Below the pieces are notes generated by a model. The model ran no database searches, had not been told where the DNA came from, and saw only the letters and a list, made by a program, of their open reading frames with translations. The position numbers and the translations under genes were made by a program. DNA of 49,734 nt from contig SVKR01000035.1 of NCBI GenBank assembly GCA_015068365.1, positions 1 to 49,734 on the forward strand. Direction: 5' to 3'. This stretch comes from Oscillospiraceae bacterium (lineage in GTDB: Bacteria > Bacillota > Clostridia > Oscillospirales > Oscillospiraceae). Below are positions 7,825 through 15,165 of the stretch, one piece after another; positions within the stretch are counted from its first letter, which is position 1, and the number at the start of each line of letters is the position of its first letter.

Positions 7825-9600
7825 TCAAAACTCCCGGATGAGCTGCTCCACCTCGTCGCCGGAGAGCAGCGTGAGGCGCTTGTCGCGGATCTGATAGACC
7901 CGGGTGCACATGGTCAGCACCGTGGGGCGGTGGGTGGTGACGATGCACACGCGGGGGTACTCGTCGGCCATGATGCTGCGCAGCACCCGCCGCTCCGTGG
8001 CCACGTCCAGGGCGGAGGAGGCCTCGTCCAGCAGCAGGATCGGGCTGCGGCGCAGCAGCGCGCGCGCGATGGACAGGCGCTGGGCCTGCCCCTCGGAAAA
8101 GCCGCCGCCCCGCTCCTTGACGGCGCTGTCGATGCCGTCGGGCAGCTTGTCCACGAAATCCAGCGCGCAGGCCAGACGCAGCGCATCGCGGATCTCATCG
8201 TCCGTGGCGTCGGGGCAGACGGTGCGCATATTCTCGGCGATGGTGCCGGAGAACATGGTGTTGCCCTGGGGCACATAGGCGAAGGCGCTGCGCGCCGCCG
8301 GGGTCAGCGGCAGGGTTTCGCCGTCCGCGCCGCGCAGTGTGACGGTGCCGGCGTGAGGCTGCACCAGCGCCAGCAGCAGGCGCAGCATGGTGGTCTTGCC
8401 CTCGCCGCTGGGGCCGACCAGGCCGATGATCTCATGCGGCCGGGCCGTGAAGGAGGCGCCGGAGAAGACCTGGGTGCCGGTCTTGTAGCTGTAATCCACC
8501 GCGTCCACCTCCAGGCTGATGCCCTCGGTGCGGTGGGCTTCGATGAACTGCTCGGCGCGTTCGGTGCCGCTGTAATCCTCCTGGGGCATCTCCAGAATGT
8601 CCATGAGCCGCCCGGCGGAGGTGGTGAGGGAGATGGCGCTGGGCACGATGCCGGCCAGGGAGTTGACCGCGCCGGTCAGCGTGCCGCTGAGGGCCAGGAA
8701 CATGGTCATGGAGCCGTAGGTGATGGCGCCGCTCCAGACCCGGTAGATGCCCCAGCCGTAGGAGCTGTAGCTGACCAGCAGCCCCACAAAGCCCAGGATC
8801 ACGCTGGTGGCCATGGACATGCGGGAGAACTCCAGGCGCATGTTGATGTAGTCGTCCTGCAGCTGCCGCAGCCGCGCCACATAGAGCTTCACCAGTCCGA
8901 AGGCCTTGATGGTCTGGATGTTGGAAAAGGTCTCCTGGTTGAAGCCGGACATTCTCGCTGCCATCTGGGCGCTGCGCTGGTTGTTGCTCTGCATCCGGTT
9001 CAGCAGCCGCCGGGACATGACGAGGCTGAAGGGGATGCCCAGCAGGGCGAAGATGGCAAAGCTGGGGTCATGGTACAGCACCACGTACAGCGCGCTGAAA
9101 AAGCGGAACATATTGATGACCAGATTTGGCACAAAGCCCAGCACGCCGTTGGAGATGGCCGAGGCGTCGCTGCTCCAGCGGGTCAGCAGGTCGCCGGTGT
9201 GGTAGGCCGTGAGGCTCTCCCAGTCGGTGACGAGGATCTTGGAGAAGATGTCCTGCTTGATCTCCGCGTCCACCCGCATGCTGATGCGGGCGGAGACATA
9301 GCCGGTGATCTGGCTGACGACGATGTTGCCGACGGCCAGACCGATCATGATGGAAAAGGTGCGGATCAGCTCGCCGGTGCGGTGGCCGGTGATGATGTCC
9401 ACCAGATCGCGGCTGACCATGCTGGTGAGCAGCCCCACCAGCGAACCGGCCATGCCCAAAAGCGTGTAGAAGATCATGGCGCGGTGATAGCGCTTGGCAT
9501 AATTGTAGATCCACATGGCCTGGCGCCAGATCTCCCGGATGCGGCCGGACTTGACGCGCTCCCGGTAAAAGCGCAGGCGGTTTTTCAGACTGTCAGCCAT
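7825..9600 (-). CDS. ABC exporter, fused permease/ATPase (MsbA/type I exporter fold), no C39 peptidase domain
   Basis: Six TM segments. Walker A GPSGEGKTT, signature FSEGQAQRLSIARA, Walker B ILLLDEASSALD. Confidence 0.9.
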   Translation of the reverse strand: MADSLKNRLRFYRERVKSGRIREIWRQAMWIYNYAKRYHRAMIFYTLLGMAGSLVGLLTSMVSRDLVDIITGHRTGELIRTFSIMIGLAVGNIVVSQITGYVSARISMRVDAEIKQDIFSKILVTDWESLTAYHTGDLLTRWSSDASAISNGVLGFVPNLVINMFRFFSALYVVLYHDPSFAIFALLGIPFSLVMSRRLLNRMQSNNQRSAQMAARMSGFNQETFSNIQTIKAFGLVKLYVARLRQLQDDYINMRLEFSRMSMATSVILGFVGLLVSYSSYGWGIYRVWSGAITYGSMTMFLALSGTLTGAVNSLAGIVPSAISLTTSAGRLMDILEMPQEDYSGTERAEQFIEAHRTEGISLEVDAVDYSYKTGTQVFSGASFTARPHEIIGLVGPSGEGKTTMLRLLLALVQPHAGTVTLRGADGETLPLTPAARSAFAYVPQGNTMFSGTIAENMRTVCPDATDDEIRDALRLACALDFVDKLPDGIDSAVKERGGGFSEGQAQRLSIARALLRRSPILLLDEASSALDVATERRVLRSIMADEYPRVCIVTTHRPTVLTMCTRVYQIRDKRLTLLSGDEVEQLIREF

Positions 9601-10762
9601 GTCCGCCCTCCTCCAAAAACGCGTCGATGGCCCGCTTCAGCGTCTCCGCGGCCTGGGGCTGCGGGGTGCATTCCAGCTCCCACATGCCGCAGTGCCGGGC
9701 CAGAAGCGCGGCAAAGGTGAGGTTCTCCTGCAAAAGCGTTTCGGTCCACACCGGGGACACCAGCCGGTTGGCGCAGCGCAGTGGTCTCTCCTCCGGCGGC
9801 AGGGGGCGGGCGGCGTTTTCGCCCGCGCGGCGCAGGAAGGCAATGCCGCCCAGAGGATGGCGCTCCCGCCGGGCGATGCCGCTGGTGCCGCACCAGGGCA
9901 GGGGGTGGAACACGGCGCCGCCGCCCGTGACGGAGAGCAGCGCCAGGTCGCCGTTGAGCACCGGGACGCCGTACCCGGCCTGCCACAGGCGGGCGTGGGT
10001 GCTTTTGCCCGTCCCGGCGGAGGCGGAGAAGAGCCAGACGCGCTCCCGATAGAGGACGGAGGCGGCGTGCATGGCGAAAAAACCGCACTTCTGCGCGCGA
10101 AAAAGCGCCACATGGCGCAGCGCGTGAAAGAGGTCGTCCCTGGCGCGGGCCTCGTCATAGCCGGGGTGCAGGGTGATGACGGCCCGGTCCCCCGCCGGCG
10201 TCATTGCCGCGCCGGCGACGTCCGGCATGGTGGGAAAGCGCAGCAGCAGGCAGCTCTCGCCGGCGTAGACCTCCAGCTCACGGTTTGCCAGCAGGCAGCG
10301 CAGCCCCGCCGGGCCCGGCGCTGCGCCGGAGACGACGGCCACGCTCTGCCGGGGGCGCTGCGCGGCGTCCACAGGCTCGAGGTAGGGCGCAAAGTCGCCG
10401 TGCAGCAGCGCCTCGGCGCAGCAAAGCCGCACGCGCAGCGGCCCCACGGCCAGGTCGGCGCAAGGGCTGGCCAGGTCGAGCGGGTCGGGAAACGCCCCCT
10501 CCAGCACGCCGAGGGCGCGCATCTGCCCCACAAAGCCGGCGGCGTCGCCCGCGGCGCGGGCGCGCTCCGCCTCCGGCAGGGCGGCCAGAAAGGCCTCCTC
10601 CGCCGCGTCGGCGTCCGGGCAGGCCTCCAGAAGCTTCCACAGCGCCGCGCCGCCGCCTTCCAGGCGCAGGGCGGGGCGCTGCTCGGCCACAGCCTGGCCA
10701 AAGGGCAGGAGCCATGCGCCGTCCGGCAGGTTTTGCAGCGTATAAAACGGATTCTTTTTCAT
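9593..10762 (-). CDS. Fusion protein: N-terminal PqqD-like (RRE) domain + HPr-kinase-related kinase domain
   Basis: I chose the ATG at 10762 (MKKNPFYTLQNL), preceded by GAGGG. The N-terminal ~95 aa fit the PqqD pattern (..LPDGAWLLPF..ALRLEGGGAALWKLLE..). The C-terminal part has the P-loop SASAGTGKST and LNGDLALL, as in HprK-like kinases. The stop overlaps the ABC start by 8 nt. Confidence 0.65.
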   Translation of the reverse strand: MKKNPFYTLQNLPDGAWLLPFGQAVAEQRPALRLEGGGAALWKLLEACPDADAAEEAFLAALPEAERARAAGDAAGFVGQMRALGVLEGAFPDPLDLASPCADLAVGPLRVRLCCAEALLHGDFAPYLEPVDAAQRPRQSVAVVSGAAPGPAGLRCLLANRELEVYAGESCLLLRFPTMPDVAGAAMTPAGDRAVITLHPGYDEARARDDLFHALRHVALFRAQKCGFFAMHAASVLYRERVWLFSASAGTGKSTHARLWQAGYGVPVLNGDLALLSVTGGGAVFHPLPWCGTSGIARRERHPLGGIAFLRRAGENAARPLPPEERPLRCANRLVSPVWTETLLQENLTFAALLARHCGMWELECTPQPQAAETLKRAIDAFLEEGGHG

Positions 10763-10791
10763 AAGGACCCTCATTTGTGCGCAAATAGGAC

Positions 10792-10820
10792 TTGCCAAGC
10801 CTGCGCACTTGTCATAAAAT
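10792..10820 (+). promoter_or_regulatory. Sigma-A-like promoter for the peptidase gene
   Basis: TTGCCA, 17 nt, TAAAAT. This makes the track's TTG start at 10792 implausible. Confidence 0.55.
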
Positions 10821-10857
10821 ACTATTTATAACGCATGGAAAGCGGGAGGCGCCGCCC

Positions 10858-11295
10858 TTGGAGCGAAGCGGGGGAAAAGTGGACATCGAAGCCTGCCTCG
10901 CCGCAGGGGAGACGGTGCAGTTTCCCATCCGGGGCTGGAGCATGTATCCCTTCCTCGCCGACGGGCGGGACCAGGCGGTGGTCGCCCCGGCGGAGGGGAC
11001 GGCGCTGCGCCGCGGGGACGTGGCGCTTTACCGGCGGGACGGCGGCATACTGGTGCTGCACCGCGTCTGGCGGCACGACGCCGCGGGGCTGTGGTTCGTG
11101 GGCGACAACCAGACCGCGGTGGAAGGCCCGCTGCGGCCCGACCAGGTCCGCGGCAAGCTGACCGCCCTGTGCCGCAAGGGGCGGATGATCTCCGCCGACG
11201 ATGCGCGCTACCGGATCCTCAGCCGGCTGTGGCTTCTCGCGCGGCCGCTTCGGCCCGCGATCTCCCACGCGGTCCATGCGCTGCGAAATCTGTAA
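10858..11295 (+). CDS. S24/S26-family serine peptidase, SipW/ER-type (Ser-His) signature, no N-terminal TM anchor
   Basis: TTG at 10858 lies 8 nt after GGGAGG (GTG 10879 is an alternative). Motifs GWSMYPFL (Ser box), VLHRVW (His where P-type signal peptidases and LexA carry Lys) and GDNQTAVEGP. Confidence 0.65.
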   Translation: MERSGGKVDIEACLAAGETVQFPIRGWSMYPFLADGRDQAVVAPAEGTALRRGDVALYRRDGGILVLHRVWRHDAAGLWFVGDNQTAVEGPLRPDQVRGKLTALCRKGRMISADDARYRILSRLWLLARPLRPAISHAVHALRNL

Positions 11296-11373
11296 AATTC
11301 AGTATAGCATTCGGGAAAAACCTTGGCAAGGTTTGCCGGGGCGATTTTTCCGCGATCCAAGGAGGAAATGAAA

Positions 11374-12585
11374 ATGATACGCTGTTCTGACCGGCTGCAA
11401 TACGTCCATTCCGACATCCGCGGCCCGCTGTATCTGGAGGCCCTGCGCATGGAATCGGAGGGCACCAGCGTTCTGAAGCTGAACACCGGCAACCCCGGGC
11501 GCTTCGGCTTTGCCCTGCCCAACTCCGTGCGCCAGGCGCTGGCCCTGCACATCGACGAGGCCGTGCCCTACTGCGATGTGCGCGGCATGCCGGATGCGCG
11601 CAACGTCATCTGTACCTATCACATCGGCCGCGGGCTGCAGGGCATCATGCCCAGCGACGTCTTCATCTGCAACGGCGTCAGCGAGGCGGCCAGCATGATC
11701 CTGGACGCGCTGGTCGGCCCCGGCGACGAGATTCTGCTGCCCTCGCCGAACTACAGCCTCTGGAGCAACAACAGCTACCTCTCCGGCGGCCAGCCGGTCT
11801 TCTACCGCTGCGACCCGGACAACAACTGGAACCCCGACATCGAGGACATCCGCTCCAAGGTCAACGAGCGCACCAAGGCCATCCTGGTCATCAACCCCAA
11901 CAACCCCACCGGCGCCGTGTACAGCCACGAGACGCTGATGGCCATTGCCGACATCGCGCGGCAGAACCACCTTGTACTGCTGGCGGACGAGATCTATGAC
12001 CGCCTGGTCATGGACGGGCTGCGCCATGAGTCCCTGGGCGCCATCGCCCCGGACGTGCCCTGCGTCACCTTCAACGGCCTGAGCAAAAGCCACATCATCT
12101 GCGGCTTCCGCTGCGGCTGGATGGTGTTCAGCGGCCCGAAGGGCGAGCTGGACGACGTCAAGGCCGGCGTGATGAAGCTGGCCAGTATGCGCCTTTGCGG
12201 CAATGCGCTGACCCAGCTGGTGATCCCCGCCGCCCTGGTGGACAGCGAGTCCACCCGGGAGATGGTGCTGCCCGGCGGGCGGCTTTACGAGCAGCGCGAG
12301 GCCACCTGCGCGGGCCTGGACCGCATCGAGGGCGTTTCCTATGTGAAGTCCCGCGCGGCCTTCTACCTCTTCCCGAAGCTGGAGAAGGAGAAGTTCGACT
12401 TTACCTCCGACGAGGACTTTGCCATGAAGTTCCTGCATGAGCAGCACGTTCTGGTCATCCCCGGCAGCGGCTTTGACTGGCATGAGGACATCCGCTTCCG
12501 CATCGTCATGCTGCCGGAGGCCGACGTGCTGACCAAGGCCATGGACGACCTGAAGTACTTCCTCAGCCGCCATCGGGTGAAATAA
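11374..12585 (+). CDS. PLP-dependent aminotransferase class I/II (alanine aminotransferase AlaA-like)
   Basis: DIRGPLYLEALRMESEG..VLKLNTGNPG.FGF, NPNNPTGAVY and the Lys motif SKSHIICGFRCGW. AAGGAGG RBS. Confidence 0.85.
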   Translation: MIRCSDRLQYVHSDIRGPLYLEALRMESEGTSVLKLNTGNPGRFGFALPNSVRQALALHIDEAVPYCDVRGMPDARNVICTYHIGRGLQGIMPSDVFICNGVSEAASMILDALVGPGDEILLPSPNYSLWSNNSYLSGGQPVFYRCDPDNNWNPDIEDIRSKVNERTKAILVINPNNPTGAVYSHETLMAIADIARQNHLVLLADEIYDRLVMDGLRHESLGAIAPDVPCVTFNGLSKSHIICGFRCGWMVFSGPKGELDDVKAGVMKLASMRLCGNALTQLVIPAALVDSESTREMVLPGGRLYEQREATCAGLDRIEGVSYVKSRAAFYLFPKLEKEKFDFTSDEDFAMKFLHEQHVLVIPGSGFDWHEDIRFRIVMLPEADVLTKAMDDLKYFLSRHRVK

Positions 12586-12651
12586 GAACTGCGCCCTTCC
12601 CCCGCCCGACCCACGGCGGGGGAACACGCTATGTAAAGGGAGGAAACGCCG

Positions 12652-13896
12652 ATGCAGCGGACAAAACCGGGCGGAAGATTCTGGGCGGCGATGCTCATTT
12701 TCGGCCTCATGGGCCAGGTGGCCTGGGTCGTCGAGAATATGTATTTCAACGTCTTTATCTATAAAATGTTCCATGCCGGGCCGGGGGACATCTCCGCCAT
12801 GGTCATGGCAAGCGCCGTGGTCGCCGCGCTGACCACCATCGTCATGGGCGCGGTGTCGGACAGGGTGGGGCAGCGCAAGGCCTTTATGAGCGCGGGCTAT
12901 CTGATCTGGGGCGTCAGCATCGTGAGCTTTGCCTGGATCAAAAGCATCTGGCTCACGATTGTCATGGACTGCGTGATGACCTTCTTCGGCTCAACCGCCA
13001 ACGACGCGGCCTACAACGCCTGGCTGACCGACCGGGGCGACGAGACCAACCGCGGGCGGATCGAGGGGCTGAACTCCATGATGCCCCTCATCTCCATCCT
13101 GGTGGTCTTCGGCGGCTTCATGGGCTTTGATCTGGACAGCGCCTCGTCCTGGAAAACCATCTATTGCATCATCGGCGCGGCCACCGCCGTCATCGGCGTG
13201 CTGGGCTTTTTCCTCATCGAGGACGCGCCCTCCCTGCGCCCGGACAGGGCGGGCTTTTTCGAGACGCTGCGCTACAGCTTCCGGCCCTCCACCTGCCGGG
13301 CGAACCTGCGGCTGTACGGCGTGCTGGCGGCCTTTGCCGTGTTCGGCATCTCCATCCAGATCTTCATGCCCTATCTGCTGATCTACTATGAAAAGACCCT
13401 GGGGCTGACGAACTATGTGCTCATCCTGGCCCCGGCCATCCTGGCCGCCGCCGCCGTCACCGCGCTGTATGGCCGCGTGATCGACGCGCGGGGCTTCCGC
13501 TTCGCCGTCTGGCCGGCGCTGGGGATGCTGGCGCTGGGCTATGTCCTTCTGATCCTCACGCGCTCCGCCGCGCCGGTCTTCATCGGCTCGCTTCTGATGA
13601 TGAGCGGCTATCTCACGGGCATGAGCGTGTTCGGCGCGGAGATCCGCGCGCTGATCCCGGAAAACCGCTCCGGCCAGTTCCAGGGCGTGCGCATCATCGG
13701 CCAGGTCTTTATCCCCGGACTGATCGGCCCGGCCATCGGCGCGCTGGTGCTGAAAAACGCGGAGACCATTGTGAACAGTGACGGCACCGAGAGCTTTCTG
13801 CCCAATGCCAACATCTTCGTCGCGGCGCTGGCCGTCGCGGCGGTGCTGGCGCTGGTGCTGATCCCGGTGCTGCGAAGGAGAGGGAAGCGCGCGTGA
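12652..13896 (+). CDS. MFS transporter (glycoside/cation symporter-like)
   Basis: About 12 TM segments and a GGGAGG RBS. The stop overlaps the next start (GTGA). Confidence 0.75.
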   Translation: MQRTKPGGRFWAAMLIFGLMGQVAWVVENMYFNVFIYKMFHAGPGDISAMVMASAVVAALTTIVMGAVSDRVGQRKAFMSAGYLIWGVSIVSFAWIKSIWLTIVMDCVMTFFGSTANDAAYNAWLTDRGDETNRGRIEGLNSMMPLISILVVFGGFMGFDLDSASSWKTIYCIIGAATAVIGVLGFFLIEDAPSLRPDRAGFFETLRYSFRPSTCRANLRLYGVLAAFAVFGISIQIFMPYLLIYYEKTLGLTNYVLILAPAILAAAAVTALYGRVIDARGFRFAVWPALGMLALGYVLLILTRSAAPVFIGSLLMMSGYLTGMSVFGAEIRALIPENRSGQFQGVRIIGQVFIPGLIGPAIGALVLKNAETIVNSDGTESFLPNANIFVAALAVAAVLALVLIPVLRRRGKRA

Positions 13897-15152
13897 AAGA
13901 GAAGACCAAAGACATTGTCCGGCAGGCCGCGGCCTACGCCTTCGCCGCCGTGCGCTGGCTGCCCGCGGCGGTGCTGATCGGGCTGGTGTGCGGCGCCGTG
14001 GGCGCGGCCTTTCACCACGGCATCCGGCTGGCGAGCGCGTATCGCGCTGGGCACGACTGGGTGATCTTTCTGCTGCCCGTGGGCGCGGCGGTCATCACGC
14101 TGCTGTACCGGGCGCTGCGCCTGGCGCCGGACGTGGGCACCAACCTGGTGCTGGAGGCGGTGCGCTCGGAAAAGCAGGTGCCGCCGGCGCTGGCCCCGGC
14201 CATGTTCATCGCCACGGTGCTGACCCAGTTCGTGGGCGGCAGCGCCGGACGGGAGGGCGCCGCGCTGCAGATCGGCGGCAGCCTGGCCGGCGGCATCGCC
14301 CGGCTTCTGCGCATCCGGGAGGAAAACCGCCATCTGCTGATCCTGTGCGGCATGGCGGCGGTGTTCTCCGCGCTGTTCGGCACCCCCGTGGGGGCGGCCG
14401 TTTTCGTGCTGGAGGTGGCCTCCGTCGGCCGCTTCCTCTACAGCGCTCTGGTGCCCACCCTCTGCGCCTCGCTGACGGCGGCGGAGGTGGCGCGGCTTTT
14501 GCAGGGCGAGGTGATGCGCATGGCCCTGCCGCACGCCCCCATCACGGCGGTACTGACGCTGCAGACCGCGGCGCTGGCCATCGCCTGCGCGATTTTGAGC
14601 ATCGTGTTCTGCGTGGCGGTGCACCGGACAGGGCACCTGGCGGAGCGTTTCCTGAAAAACCCCTATCTCCGCGCCGTCGTGCTGGGCGCAGCGCTTTTGG
14701 GGCTGACGCTGCTCTCCGGCGGGCGCAGCTTCAACGGCGCGGGCATGGACTTTGTGGAGCGGGCCGTGGCCGGCGAAGCCGTGCCATGGTACGCCTTCGT
14801 GCTGAAGCTGGTCTTCACCGCCGTGACGCTGGCGGCGGGCTACAAGGGCGGCGAGATCGTCCCCACCTTCTTCGTCGGGGCGGCCTTCGGCGCCGTGGCC
14901 GGGCCGCTGGTGGGCCTGCCGGCGTCCTACGCCGCCGCCATCGGCATGGTGGGCATGTTCTGCGGCGTGGTGAACTGCCCCTTTGCCGCGCTGTTCCTGG
15001 CCATCGAGATCTTCGGCGGGGAGTATCTGCTGCCCTTCGCCGTCACCTGCGCGCTATGCTATGTCTTTTCCGGCTATTTCGGGCTGTACAGCAGCCAGCA
15101 GATCCTGCGCTCAAAAGTGGGCAGCGAGCTCATCGACCGCAATGCCATCTGA
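13893..15152 (+). CDS. ClC-family voltage-gated chloride channel / H+-Cl- antiporter
   Basis: GGSAGREGAALQIG and GYKGGEIVPTFFVGAAFG selectivity-filter motifs. Confidence 0.85.
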   Translation: MKEKTKDIVRQAAAYAFAAVRWLPAAVLIGLVCGAVGAAFHHGIRLASAYRAGHDWVIFLLPVGAAVITLLYRALRLAPDVGTNLVLEAVRSEKQVPPALAPAMFIATVLTQFVGGSAGREGAALQIGGSLAGGIARLLRIREENRHLLILCGMAAVFSALFGTPVGAAVFVLEVASVGRFLYSALVPTLCASLTAAEVARLLQGEVMRMALPHAPITAVLTLQTAALAIACAILSIVFCVAVHRTGHLAERFLKNPYLRAVVLGAALLGLTLLSGGRSFNGAGMDFVERAVAGEAVPWYAFVLKLVFTAVTLAAGYKGGEIVPTFFVGAAFGAVAGPLVGLPASYAAAIGMVGMFCGVVNCPFAALFLAIEIFGGEYLLPFAVTCALCYVFSGYFGLYSSQQILRSKVGSELIDRNAI

Positions 15153-15165
15153 AAGGAGACACACC

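Noticed and set aside
7804-9720. 638-aa + strand ORF opposite the ABC exporter
   Set aside because: It is a mirror-frame artefact. The minus-strand product has Walker A/B and ABC signature motifs.
10792-10857. Track start (TTG at 10792) for the peptidase ORF
   Set aside because: That TTG is itself the -35 hexamer of the best promoter match. TTG at 10858, with a GGGAGG RBS, is a more plausible start.
6020-11295. Interpretation of the cassette as a lasso-peptide biosynthetic cluster
   Set aside because: PqqD, an HprK-like kinase, a nucleotidyltransferase and an ABC exporter do occur in Firmicute lasso clusters. However, no Asn-synthetase-like cyclase or transglutaminase-like protease ORF is present, and no ~40-50-aa precursor fits in the short intergenic regions.
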